Virus record (IMG/VR): IMGVR_UViG_3300025679_000009
Coordinates: 1-52,774 of that record
Length of the DNA: 52,774 nt
Source of the DNA: a virus
Lineage: Duplodnaviria; Caudoviricetes
Strand: one strand, 5' to 3'
The position numbers were made by a program, and so were the translations under genes. Position 1 is the first letter of the stretch. Every line of letters begins with the position of its first letter. Under the pieces are notes generated by a model that saw nothing but the letters and a program-made list of their open reading frames with translations, was not told the DNA's origin and did no database searches. Positions 38,183-47,404 of the stretch are shown in pieces.

Positions 38183-40920
38183 GGGCCTTCCGCGCGGGGC
38201 GGACGCTGCTGGCGACCGCCAGCCTCGCCGCCCTCCTGGTCGCGGCGCCGGCCGCGGTCGCGGCCGACAAGCCGCGCTTTGTCTGCGAGGCGGTGGCTGC
38301 GGCCACCAAGGCACCGTCGTTTGGCGCGGTCATCCTGCCGCTCGCTTTCCGCAACGCGGTGTTCGCGCGCACCAACGAGCGCGCCGGCCTGGCGATGATC
38401 CGCGGCGAAAGCGAAGCCCTCGGCATCGACTTCAGCTTCCCGACCGACGCCCGCCGCGTCGCGGTGAGGACCGGCGGCGTCACCACCGAATATGGCCTCG
38501 ACGCCTTCTTTACCAATGACTCCACCTCGCCGAAGACGGTGACCGACGCCACCGGCTTGCCGGTGTGGGCACCGCACAATCTAGTCACCAATTCGGAAAG
38601 CGGTGCGACGCAGAACGTCGCCGCCCTTGTCGTCGGGCAGGATTACATCGTCGACGTCACCGGGAGCGGCTCGGTCGCACTCACGCTTGCCGGCACCGGC
38701 ACGGCGACGGCCGGGAGCCCGGTGCATTTCACCGCCACCGGAACGACGCTGACACTGACCGTCACCGGCACCATCGCCACCATGCAGTGCAACCGCGGCG
38801 CGGTCGTGCTGCCCTATCTCAAGACCACGGGAGCCAAACGCTACGGCGTGGCAATCGAGGTCGATGCCGTCACCGGCGAGCGCTATCTGGTCGTTGAGAC
38901 CAGCGCGAGCAGCTACACCAACCTGCTGCTGAACACGAACACGCTGGCGACGCAGGACGTCACCGTCACCGCGCAATCTTATACGCTGTCGTTCTGGGGC
39001 ACCGGCACGGTCACACTCTCCGGCACCTCGACCGCCGGGCCCCTGGTCGGCACCGCCGCCGACCGGCGGGTGACGCTGACCTTCACGCCGACGGCGGGCA
39101 CGCTGACGCTGACCGTGAGTGGCAGCGTCACCTTCGCACAGTTGGAGGTCGGGCCAGAGGCGACGAGCTATTTCCCGAGCTACGCCAGCGCGGCGACGCG
39201 GGTCGCCGACACCATATATGTCACCGTCCCGTTCGCGATCACAACCACCACCACGCTGTGCATGGACTACCGTGGGACGAAAAACGATACTTCCGGCTAT
39301 GTTAACTTCGGCCTCAGCAACGGCGGCACCTCGACCGAGGGCCTTTACTTCCGCGCCGATTCGGCGGCACAGGCGCGGCACTCCAGCACCAGCGCCGGTA
39401 TCGTGACCGATCTGGCTATCGTGCCGCCCTCGGCGGCGCGCACCAAGATCGCGATCAGCGCCGGCGGCGGCAATTTGATTGCGGCCCGCGATGGGTCGGC
39501 GGCCGCGACGACGCTCACCGCCCAACCGGCGGTCACCAAGCTCTATCTCGGCTATCTGCCGGGCATTCAAAGCACCACGCGGCCGCTGCGGCTTTACGGC
39601 TGCTTGGTGCTGTCGCGCGCAATGACGCGGGCGCAGGCCATCGCATGGACGTCGCAGATTTATCCCTATGACGACGCGCTGGTGAGCGACGGCGCGACCT
39701 ACCCGAGTTACGGGCAGACCGCCTCTCCCTCATCGATCTACGTCGCCAGCACGGACACCACCTGGGTCGCCTACGAGGCCTACACCGGCGGCCAGCGCGT
39801 CACGCGCGTCTTCACCATCAATCACACGACCGGCGTCTGGACCGATCCGGTCACGGTCGGCGTCTCCGGCCTCAGCGGCGACGATCACGGCGCGCCGACG
39901 TTGATGCGCCACAGCGACGGCAAAGTGCATGTCTTTTTCGGTGGCCATATAAGCGCACTTAAGCATTCAATGACGACGACCGCCGACGATCCGAGTGCGT
40001 GGACCACTCTTGCCAGCATATGCTCCACCGGCTCCTATCCGCGCCCGGTCATGGTTGGTTCGATCATGTACGTTCTCATTAGAGGCAACGGAAGTGCGGC
40101 CGCGACTCAATATTTGAGCTATTGCACCATCGCCACTGACGGGACGGCTTCGGCCTTTACGGTGCTTTCCGACTTCGGAACAGGAACGCGCTGGTATGCT
40201 GGCGCGGCGCTGCCGGAGGAATCGACCGGCAATATCTATATCGTCGGCACGCAAGGGCAGGCGGCGACGGTGCCTTTGACCGGCACTTATGTTCTGGTCT
40301 GGAACCCCGGCGCCGGCACCATTAAAAATATCGACGGCTCGACAACGGTTGCGTCCGGCTCATGGCCGGTGGGCCTTGCGTCGCTCGACGCCAATTTCAA
40401 CATCCATCCGACGATTGCCGGCAACGAAGGCGGTGTGCCGAATGCCTGTCTGGACGCCACCGGCAATCTGCACGTCATCTTTGCCGACGGGGCAAATGGT
40501 GGGACGCCAGGCGCGATCGGGAGCTATTCTGTTTATCATACGGCGTGGGACGGATCGGCTTGGTCGGCCGATTTCCAGCTCGGCACGGCCTGGCGGTCCT
40601 ACAACGATGTCTGCCTGACGCCGAATGCCGGCGGCGGGGTCAATGCCTTCTGGACCCAGCGCGGCGAGGCTACCTTCCGCAATTGGGGCGGTGACCTGTG
40701 GAGCGCGAGCCGCGACAGCGGCGGCACCTGGGCGGCTTCCGCGGTGCTGCGCGAAGAAGCGTTTTTCGCCCTCAACGCGCCGTCAATGGTGGTCAACGGG
40801 CACGCCAATCTGCGCATGATCTGCACCGAGGTACTGCAGCAATCCGCCGACATCAGCGCCGGCATCGGCACGCTAAGGATGTTCGGCTACGGCGACGCCG
40901 GGTTCCTCAGCGCGGCGTGA
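38179..40920 (+). CDS. receptor-binding protein with lectin-like and BNR-type propeller domains
   Basis: T/G/S-rich; TNLLLNT, AQLE.G..ATSY.P..ATRVAD; C-terminal DDHGAP.L...DGKVHVF.G.H and S.DSGGTW. Confidence 0.72.
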   Translation: MRAFRAGRTLLATASLAALLVAAPAAVAADKPRFVCEAVAAATKAPSFGAVILPLAFRNAVFARTNERAGLAMIRGESEALGIDFSFPTDARRVAVRTGGVTTEYGLDAFFTNDSTSPKTVTDATGLPVWAPHNLVTNSESGATQNVAALVVGQDYIVDVTGSGSVALTLAGTGTATAGSPVHFTATGTTLTLTVTGTIATMQCNRGAVVLPYLKTTGAKRYGVAIEVDAVTGERYLVVETSASSYTNLLLNTNTLATQDVTVTAQSYTLSFWGTGTVTLSGTSTAGPLVGTAADRRVTLTFTPTAGTLTLTVSGSVTFAQLEVGPEATSYFPSYASAATRVADTIYVTVPFAITTTTTLCMDYRGTKNDTSGYVNFGLSNGGTSTEGLYFRADSAAQARHSSTSAGIVTDLAIVPPSAARTKIAISAGGGNLIAARDGSAAATTLTAQPAVTKLYLGYLPGIQSTTRPLRLYGCLVLSRAMTRAQAIAWTSQIYPYDDALVSDGATYPSYGQTASPSSIYVASTDTTWVAYEAYTGGQRVTRVFTINHTTGVWTDPVTVGVSGLSGDDHGAPTLMRHSDGKVHVFFGGHISALKHSMTTTADDPSAWTTLASICSTGSYPRPVMVGSIMYVLIRGNGSAAATQYLSYCTIATDGTASAFTVLSDFGTGTRWYAGAALPEESTGNIYIVGTQGQAATVPLTGTYVLVWNPGAGTIKNIDGSTTVASGSWPVGLASLDANFNIHPTIAGNEGGVPNACLDATGNLHVIFADGANGGTPGAIGSYSVYHTAWDGSAWSADFQLGTAWRSYNDVCLTPNAGGGVNAFWTQRGEATFRNWGGDLWSASRDSGGTWAASAVLREEAFFALNAPSMVVNGHANLRMICTEVLQQSADISAGIGTLRMFGYGDAGFLSAA

Positions 40921-41984
40921 TGGCGAAAACCATGTCGCCGAATCGTGCGCGACAGCCATGACCGCAGTGGTCGATCGTAGGCTTCTGTCAAGACCCAGGA
41001 GAGCGCAAGGACGGTGACAATCGTCAGTGGCGTCGAAAGCAGCGACGGGTGTGCAGTCACCGGACGCCAATTGAGCCAACGTAAAAAACGCGGATCGAGC
41101 ACCGTCATGGCTGCGAGCGCCATCACTGGAAAATGTAATGCGTACACTGCGTAGGACAGATCGCCGAGTTTGGTAAAGCTTGCGCGCGCCCAGGGTTGCG
41201 GTTCGCAGTTTGCGCCAATCCAGATCAGTGCGGGAAAGAGTACCAGCGTAGCGACAAGATCGAAGACAACGCGCGGCAGCGGCGTAGCGAATAGCACGAG
41301 CAAAATCAGCAGCACCACCAGCGGGGGGGTGCGAACTGCCGCCTTTGCGCGCCACAGGCGGTAGGTGGCCGCACCGGCAAAGAATGACCAGCCGGCGCGG
41401 CCGAAACCACCAATGATGGAAGAGTCCCAATAGCTGCCGCCATTGGCATGTCTGAACAGGATCACGGTGGTTAGTAGTAGTGCTGCTGCGATGGCAAGAA
41501 CGAGCGCCAGTGCACGATTGCTGAGAAGCGGCAGCAAGGCAAACCAGCAGATATTTGCCAGCAATTCGAAGAACAGTGACCAGGAAGGTGCGTTGAAGGG
41601 GTAAAGGTCGAGGTGGAGCACGGTCGCGGCGCCGAAGGGGCTCGGCAAAAATACGACATTCAGAGCCATCGATGCGAGTGATCTGCCATCCACACCGCTG
41701 ACTACGGCAAGTGCGGTGCCGAGAACCATGCCGGCCAGATAGAGCGGGTAAAGCCGGATCAGGCGCGCCGTAATGAATTGCGCAAATGATAGCGTTCCGT
41801 CGCCATAGGCGTGCGCCAGCACAAAGCCGCTGAGAACGAAGAACAGATCGACGGCAAGGTAGCCGCCCGGCAACAGCGTCGCCGGCACGCCACCCATATG
41901 GATCATGAGCACGGTACCGGCTGCTACGCCGCGCATGGCGTCGAGCGTGAGAAAACGGCCCGTTAGAGGCATTGCTGTTGGCAT
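40887..41984 (-). CDS. acyltransferase-3 (OafA-like) O-acyltransferase moron
   Basis: LDAMRGVAA, GYLAVDLFFVLSGFVL, RLIRLYPLY, WSLFFE, LGDLSYAVYALH; AT-richer than flanks. Confidence 0.93.
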   Translation of the reverse strand: MPTAMPLTGRFLTLDAMRGVAAGTVLMIHMGGVPATLLPGGYLAVDLFFVLSGFVLAHAYGDGTLSFAQFITARLIRLYPLYLAGMVLGTALAVVSGVDGRSLASMALNVVFLPSPFGAATVLHLDLYPFNAPSWSLFFELLANICWFALLPLLSNRALALVLAIAAALLLTTVILFRHANGGSYWDSSIIGGFGRAGWSFFAGAATYRLWRAKAAVRTPPLVVLLILLVLFATPLPRVVFDLVATLVLFPALIWIGANCEPQPWARASFTKLGDLSYAVYALHFPVMALAAMTVLDPRFLRWLNWRPVTAHPSLLSTPLTIVTVLALSWVLTEAYDRPLRSWLSRTIRRHGFRHHAALRNPASP

Positions 41985-42036
41985 TCCCCATCCTACCGCC
42001 CTCGGGATCGGGCGGCAACGGCGATAAAAATAAGGA

Positions 42037-42210
42037 ATCCAGCAGCTCGCGACCTACGCCTTTCCCGACGCCGGCTGGGGTTTCTATACGCTGAGCGTTG
42101 CCGCCTGCATCGCCTGGGCGGCGCTCTCGTTCGAGCTGGCCGAGCGGCCGCTGATCCGGATTGGGCGGGGCATCGGCCAGCTTGGACGAGCCGCCCGGCA
42201 GCAAATCTAG
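42037..42210 (+). pseudogene. C-terminal remnant of a second acyltransferase-3 gene
   Basis: Translates IQQLATYAFP...AWAALSFELAERPLIRIGR*; no start, in-frame TAA at 42031. Confidence 0.7.
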
Positions 42211-42237
42211 GCTCCGCTTTTCACCCGAGGAGACGTC

Positions 42238-42567
42238 ATGGACTTTCGCTCTTTGTGGGCGCGCATCGCCACGCATTTCGCGCCGTTCTTCGACCGGCGC
42301 GCCTGGACGATCATCGCCATCTGCGCGGCCGTCGTGTGGGCGATCGACCCCGTCATGCTCAAGACGGTGGTCACCTGGGTGGTGCAGGCCGGCGTGTTCT
42401 GCGGGCTGGCGGTGATCGCCAGCCGCTATCTGTTTCCGCAGATCGACCTCGCCGAGCACGTCGCGGCCGCGCGCGCCGGCAATGTCGGCTCCGGCTTGGT
42501 GGTGCTCACGGTCGGGCTGGTGATGGCGTCGCTGTTCGTGATGATGGGCGTGTTCGGCCGCGCATGA
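42238..42567 (+). CDS. holin
   Basis: 109 aa, 2-3 TM segments, precedes endolysin. Confidence 0.7.
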   Translation: MDFRSLWARIATHFAPFFDRRAWTIIAICAAVVWAIDPVMLKTVVTWVVQAGVFCGLAVIASRYLFPQIDLAEHVAAARAGNVGSGLVVLTVGLVMASLFVMMGVFGRA

Positions 42568-43475
42568 GGGGGATTGCGCTCATCCTGCTGCTGGCGCTTG
42601 GTGCCTGCCAGCCGAAGCCGGCGGTGCCGTCCGTCAAGGAAATCGGGCGTTTTGCAAACCCAGAGTGGCGTTCCGTCAACCGAACAGCGCATTTTGTCAA
42701 CCCGCGGCGCGCGGCGGCTGCGAGGATCCCGCTGCCGCGGGCGCGGCCGCGGATTGCGGCTGCGCCGGTCATGTCAGTTTCTGCGCCCGCCAAGGTGGTC
42801 GAAAAAATCGACACGCGGAAGCTCGCTAGACGGGTGCCCTTCGTTCCCGCCGGCGCCGCCAGATACGCGCCGCTGCTGGTGGCCCAGCAGCGCAGCGCCT
42901 GGCCGGCGGCGCCCGAGCCCTGGACGCTGGCCGGCCTGGTCGAGCAGGAGTCGTGCGTCTCGCTGCGCTCGAGGCGCTGCTGGAACCCGCGCGCCGAGCT
43001 GAAGACCTATCGCGAATACGGCTTCGGCTTCGGCCAGATCACGGTAGACTACAACAAAGACGGCTCCGAGCGCTTCAACAAGTTCAAGGAGCTCAAAAAC
43101 CAATACGCATCGTTGCGCGGCTGGCGCTGGGGCGCGCGCTACGATCCCGGCTACCAGCTCACGGCGGTCGTCGAGATGACGCACGGGCTGTGGCGGCGAG
43201 TGCCGGCGGCGCACGACACCGACGCGCATTGGGCCTTTGCGCTGTCGAGCTACAACGGCGGCCTCGGCAGCCTGCTGCGGGACCGCCGCCTGTGCGCCAA
43301 CTCAGCGGCTTGCGACGCGACGCGCTGGTTCGGCAATATCGAGACGCACTCGCTCAAATTGCGCGCGCCGCGCCCGGCCTATGGCGGGCAGAGCTGGTTT
43401 TCGATCAACCGCGGCTACGTGCGCAACGTGCTGACGGTGCGGCGCGCAAAATACGCACAGTTCTGGGGGGAATGA
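42564..43475 (+). CDS. endolysin, lytic transglycosylase (SLT-like)
   Basis: VEQES catalytic Glu, GFGQIT, SYNGGLG, NRGYV; N-terminal LALGAC lipobox. Confidence 0.82.
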   Translation: MRGIALILLLALGACQPKPAVPSVKEIGRFANPEWRSVNRTAHFVNPRRAAAARIPLPRARPRIAAAPVMSVSAPAKVVEKIDTRKLARRVPFVPAGAARYAPLLVAQQRSAWPAAPEPWTLAGLVEQESCVSLRSRRCWNPRAELKTYREYGFGFGQITVDYNKDGSERFNKFKELKNQYASLRGWRWGARYDPGYQLTAVVEMTHGLWRRVPAAHDTDAHWAFALSSYNGGLGSLLRDRRLCANSAACDATRWFGNIETHSLKLRAPRPAYGGQSWFSINRGYVRNVLTVRRAKYAQFWGE

Positions 43476-43987
43476 TGCTCGGTTTCCTCTGGCACGCGGT
43501 GACGGCCTGGGCCGGCATCGCGCTCGATTACGACTGGGCGGTGCTGATGATCGCCGCGGGCTTCTACCTCGCCGAATTCTTCGACCTGGCGGCAGCCAAT
43601 CCGTTGGCGTGGCTGCTGCGGCCGCTGCGCTATTTCGGCTACGCGCTGATCATGGCCGGCGCGGCCTACGGCTACGGCACCTGGCGCGAGGCACACGCGG
43701 TGAGCGACTGCATCTCGGCCGAACGGCTTTCCGCTGTGCAGAGCGAGCGCAACTCGCTGCAGCAGCAGGTCGATGGCTGGAAGAAGACGGCGGCTCTCAA
43801 CCAGGCGGCCGCGGAGCGGGCGAGCAAGGACAAGGAGAGGGCGGATGGGCTGCTGGCAAAATGGAAAGCGCAGGTCGGCAGGCTGTCGCAGGCGCGGCGC
43901 GCTGCTCGCGCTGCTACTGCCGACGATGACCGCCGGCTGTGCGAGCTTCTGCAAAATCGCGCCCCCGGCTGCCAGCTACGCCGCTAA
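43472..43987 (+). CDS. i-spanin (Rz-like)
   Basis: N-terminal TM segments followed by coiled coil. Confidence 0.65.
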   Translation: MMLGFLWHAVTAWAGIALDYDWAVLMIAAGFYLAEFFDLAAANPLAWLLRPLRYFGYALIMAGAAYGYGTWREAHAVSDCISAERLSAVQSERNSLQQQVDGWKKTAALNQAAAERASKDKERADGLLAKWKAQVGRLSQARRAARAATADDDRRLCELLQNRAPGCQLRR

Positions 43988-44153
43988 CTGCAGGCAGCCG
44001 GAGCTCGCGTATCCGGCCGTGGTGAGACAGCAGGACCTCGGCGAGCGCTCGGGCGAGTGGGCGGCGGCGGCCAAGGTCGGCCACGATCGCATCGAGGCCG
44101 AAAACGGGTGCGTCGACGCGGTGGCGACGATGAGCGGGCAAGGGGAGAAGTGA
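43845..44153 (+). CDS. o-spanin (Rz1-like lipoprotein)
   Basis: Overlaps Rz in another frame; LLALLLPTMTAGC lipobox; AGGAGAGG RBS. Confidence 0.65.
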   Translation: MGCWQNGKRRSAGCRRRGALLALLLPTMTAGCASFCKIAPPAASYAANCRQPELAYPAVVRQQDLGERSGEWAAAAKVGHDRIEAENGCVDAVATMSGQGEK

Positions 44154-44154
44154 C

Positions 44155-44445
44155 GTGTCGGAGATGAAGATCGGCCACGACAGCAAGGTCGGATCGTTAC
44201 TGCAGTCCTACTGGCCGGTGATGGTGGGCGGCGTCATGGTGGCCGTGGCCTGGGGTGCGAACACCGCGCAGATCGGCACCATAGCCGACGGCAACAAGGC
44301 CATCATCGCCAAGCTCGACAAGCTCTCCGATCAGCAGTCGATGTTTCAGGCGACGGTGGCCGCGGCGAAGGCGACCGAGGACTCGCTTGGCGGCTCGGTC
44401 GACGATCTGCGCAATCGCGTGGGTGCGCTCGAGGCGCGCCGCTAG
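44155..44445 (+). CDS. TM plus coiled-coil protein
   Basis: One TM helix then heptads; last gene of late operon. Confidence 0.6.
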   Translation: MSEMKIGHDSKVGSLLQSYWPVMVGGVMVAVAWGANTAQIGTIADGNKAIIAKLDKLSDQQSMFQATVAAAKATEDSLGGSVDDLRNRVGALEARR

Positions 44446-44520
44446 ACATCAGCTTCGGCGGCCTCGGCCGCCGTCCGTGGTCCGGCCCTATCGGACATCT
44501 TGATGCCTCCCTGACTTGAC

Positions 44521-44558
44521 GCCGCCGCTGGTCCCTCGGGGCCGGCGGCGGCCTTTTT
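44521..44558 (+). terminator. intrinsic terminator at convergence of late and right-arm operons
   Basis: GCCGCCGCTGGTCCC/GGGGCCGGCGGCGGC stem plus TTTTT. Confidence 0.75.
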
Positions 44559-44764
44559 CGCTTCGGGGAACGCGAGCTCGAGCTGCGGCGCGGCTTCCAC
44601 CGGCGCGAGGTGCGCGCACGGGATCTCGACAATGCCTTTGCAGCCGGCGACGCGCACGTGCACTACGGTCTGCAGCGGGTGCAGCTGCTCGAGCGGGCAG
44701 ACGGTGCAGGCCTGCTTGCCGCGGTGGGCGCCGCGCAGGATCCGGACGGGCGTCCGGAAGTTCG

Positions 44765-45157
44765 TCAGCTCGAGGCGCCGGCCGCCAGTCGGTCGCGGAG
44801 CGCAAAACCCATCAGCGGCCAGATCTGGCGGACGGCATCCTCGTACGCCAGCTTACGGCCGAGCTCGGCGTTGAAATTTTCTGGGGCGGCCGGAGCGCTC
44901 TTGCCGATGATGGTGAAGCCGTTCTTCATCACGAGGAGGCAGATCGAGAAGCACTTGAGGGATTCTACCACCTTGCGTGTTGGCGGCGAGCCATCTCGGC
45001 CATCGCCGGTGCTCCAGGCTCCCAGCGCGGTGAAGACGTGCTTGGGAGATAGGTCAAAGCGGGCCGCGATCGCCTCCTCGATGTCACTGAGCTTGACGCG
45101 CGGTGCGATGGCAACGGTCGCCGCTGCCGCATCGGATGCCTGGAGGCTCGACGTCAT
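44765..45157 (-). CDS. N4 Gp49/Sf6 gp66-family protein (Acb4-like)
   Basis: ICLLVMKNGFTIIGKSA...ENFNAELGRKLAYEDA..QIWPLMGF.L. Confidence 0.85.
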   Translation of the reverse strand: MTSSLQASDAAAATVAIAPRVKLSDIEEAIAARFDLSPKHVFTALGAWSTGDGRDGSPPTRKVVESLKCFSICLLVMKNGFTIIGKSAPAAPENFNAELGRKLAYEDAVRQIWPLMGFALRDRLAAGASS

Positions 45158-45168
45158 GGTGGCGTTCC

Positions 45169-45579
45169 TCAGTAGGTGACCCAGTGGCGAGGCCGCTTCG
45201 GCTCGCGGCCGCACGACGCGTCATGGTAGGCGGCGCCGAAGGTGTCCTGACAGCGGTTTGAGGCTATCGGACCGACGATGTGCGGCTGCTCGCGGTGCTT
45301 GCGCTTCGGCACGAGCTGCTGCTCGCCGCCCGGCTCGCCGACGGCGATGAGTTCCTCGCGCGTGTGATCGTCCTCCATCACGCGGTCGAGGTAGCCCCGC
45401 ATGCGGCTGTTCTCGCTCTCGGCCGCGGCGAGGCGCTCTTTGACCTCGTCCAGGTTGGCGCGCAACGCTCCGGCGCGATCGTCGGCACGCTTGCACTCCC
45501 TGCGGGAGGCTTCGAGATCGGACCGGAGTGCCGCGACCTCGGCTTCGAGCTGCTCGCGCGATTTGTGGGGCGGTTTCAA
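45169..45579 (-). CDS. coiled-coil hypothetical protein
   Basis: TTGA-coupled start; heptad region. Confidence 0.55.
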   Translation of the reverse strand: MKPPHKSREQLEAEVAALRSDLEASRRECKRADDRAGALRANLDEVKERLAAAESENSRMRGYLDRVMEDDHTREELIAVGEPGGEQQLVPKRKHREQPHIVGPIASNRCQDTFGAAYHDASCGREPKRPRHWVTY

Positions 45580-45881
45580 GCGCCGGCCCCGAGCTTCTGC
45601 TCGAGCTGCTCGGTCTTCGCCGCCTGGCCCTTCTGGTAGGGCATCCACTCGGCGCAGCGCTTGCCTGGCTCGCGCGCCTGATCGGCCGCGAGCATCGTGA
45701 CGTTGCCCTCGGCGAAGACATGCCCGTCGCTGTCGGAGACCGTGAGATTGACGAGCGTCGGATCGAAGACATGGGCGATGGTTGCGGCGAGCGGCTTGCC
45801 CGTGTCGTGGTGCGCGCCGGCGAAGTGCTGGTCCGGCCAAAACAGGACGACTCGGCCGACGGTGGGCTCGATCGATGCCAT
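45576..45881 (-). CDS. conserved phage hypothetical protein
   Basis: PTVGRVVLF...AATIAHV...VNLTV...WMPYQ. Confidence 0.7.
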   Translation of the reverse strand: MASIEPTVGRVVLFWPDQHFAGAHHDTGKPLAATIAHVFDPTLVNLTVSDSDGHVFAEGNVTMLAADQAREPGKRCAEWMPYQKGQAAKTEQLEQKLGAGA

Positions 45882-46261
45882 CAGAGCACCTTCACCGTCA
45901 CGCGGCCGCCGGAGGCCTTGCCCCACTGCGGCTCGATCTTGATCAGTCCCGAGCTGACGAGCTTCTTTCGCTCCGCCGGCTTCAGCACTTGCCAGGCTTC
46001 GGTGACAACCTGGGGTACGTCGCCCTTAAATTCGGCCGCGTGCGGGGGTGCGACGGCGATAAAGCCGCGCGCGCCGAAGTCCTCCTTGAAGCTCTCGCCG
46101 CTGTCCATCGCGGACAGCTTCAGGTCGGCATCGAGCTTCGCGATCTCGGCGTAGTCCTTACCGAGCCGGATCTCGATATCGAGCCGCTTCTCCGCCGTGG
46201 CGCGCCGCGCCTTCAGGATCTTCGGGTCGGGTTTGGCCTTACGGCTGGTGGCGGTGGCCAT
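45881..46261 (-). CDS. hypothetical protein
   Basis: GGGAG RBS; coupled ORF. Confidence 0.6.
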   Translation of the reverse strand: MATATSRKAKPDPKILKARRATAEKRLDIEIRLGKDYAEIAKLDADLKLSAMDSGESFKEDFGARGFIAVAPPHAAEFKGDVPQVVTEAWQVLKPAERKKLVSSGLIKIEPQWGKASGGRVTVKVL

Positions 46262-46322
46262 GCGGTGCTCCCGGTTCGGCGCCGGGAGAATTGCAGTACA
46301 GGGTTAAAAGTTCCTGACAGTC

Positions 46323-46592
46323 CTATGATGTCGCTGGTTTTTCGGCTCCACCGCGGGTCATCAGGTCCGGCAGATCGGGGAAATGTAGGCCGCACGGCGC
46401 CCGCATGTTGCCGTAGCGGGTGCAGCCGGCCTCGGCGGCCAGGTGCTTGCGCAGGTCGGGAAGGGCGATCTCCGGCCCGTACGCGGCCACCAGGCGCGCC
46501 TTGCTGACCTTGGCGCGGCGGCCGCAGGCATCGCACGCGACGTCGAGCTGCTCGGCCGGATACTCTGCGAGGGTGTAGGAGCCGTTGGGCAT
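46323..46592 (-). CDS. small Zn-binding hypothetical protein
   Basis: CDACGR...L...YG...C...C. Confidence 0.6.
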   Translation of the reverse strand: MPNGSYTLAEYPAEQLDVACDACGRRAKVSKARLVAAYGPEIALPDLRKHLAAEAGCTRYGNMRAPCGLHFPDLPDLMTRGGAEKPATS

Positions 46593-46598
46593 CGAGCC

Positions 46599-46802
46599 CT
46601 AATAGCTCATCCGCTGCTTGATGGTCAGCTCGTTCTCCTGCAGCCATTGCAGGGACTTCTTCGCCGCCTCGAGGCGCGCGACCTGGTAGTCCGCGATCGA
46701 CTGCCGCAGTTTTCCGCTCGAGACCAGGCGCTGGTAGACGCTCTGCCGCTGCTCGAGCTCGCGGTCGATCTCCTCAATTTGTTGGGCGAGCGAGATCTTC
46801 AT
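46599..46802 (-). CDS. hypothetical protein
   Basis: MKISLAQQIEEIDREL.R...Y; ATGA-coupled. Confidence 0.65.
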   Translation of the reverse strand: MKISLAQQIEEIDRELEQRQSVYQRLVSSGKLRQSIADYQVARLEAAKKSLQWLQENELTIKQRMSY

Positions 46803-47404
46803 TCTGGCAATCTGGGTTTGCCGGCGATCGGGACCATCTTGCCCGGGTAGGTGCCCGCCTCGAGGCATAGCACTCCGCCTGCGACATTGGCTGGAGCGCT
46901 TGCCTCGCCATCGTCCACGACGGCGACAACGATCGCTGTCTTCTGCGGCCAGTGCCAGAAGCCCTGGAAGCCGCGCGCGGGCACCGGCGCGTCGAAGGGC
47001 TGCAGATCGGTGAGGGGCCACGCCCAGTTGAAGTCGCCGCGATCGCTGTCGTGCGGCAGACCGGCGAAGATCGTGCCGGCATTACGTGGCTTGCCGAGCA
47101 CCGCGGTGCCGAGGCCGGCGGCGAGCGGCAGGCCTCGATACTTGTGCGCCGCGCGCACGCGCTCGAGCAGCTGCCGGGCGACGTCGACGACGAGGCCGGT
47201 CATGTCGTCGTCGGCGCCGAGCCGGCGCAGCAGGTCCTCGACCTCGGCCGGCTTGATTGGCCGCGCGCCGGCGTGGATCACGACACGCTCGCCGATCGCC
47301 GGCGCGTTGGCGTACTGCAGGAAGCTCTTCGGCCTGAACTCGAAGGGCTTGGCGCCGACCATGATCAGCGACGCCCACGGCTGCCAGATGGTGATCGCCT
47401 TCAT
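46799..47404 (-). CDS. ASCH-domain protein
   Basis: MKAITIWQPWASLI..GAK.FE.R...IHAG...PVPARG.QGFW.W. Confidence 0.88.
   Translation of the reverse strand: MKAITIWQPWASLIMVGAKPFEFRPKSFLQYANAPAIGERVVIHAGARPIKPAEVEDLLRRLGADDDMTGLVVDVARQLLERVRAAHKYRGLPLAAGLGTAVLGKPRNAGTIFAGLPHDSDRGDFNWAWPLTDLQPFDAPVPARGFQGFWHWPQKTAIVVAVVDDGEASAPANVAGGVLCLEAGTYPGKMVPIAGKPRLPE

Noticed and set aside
38179-38270. Signal peptide on the receptor-binding protein
   Set aside because: The Ala-rich N-terminus may reflect start mis-assignment or a docking segment; context and downstream motifs indicate a virion protein
36755-42210. Diversity-generating retroelement, expected given BPP-1-like structural genes
   Set aside because: No reverse transcriptase motifs, and no template/variable repeat pair differing at adenines was seen
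44473-44497. Second lox-like site, inverted relative to 11788 (TGTCCGATAG-N6-ACCACGGAC on minus strand)
   Set aside because: Spacer differs and one arm is weak; tyrosine recombinases need spacer identity, so an inversion of the late region is unsupported
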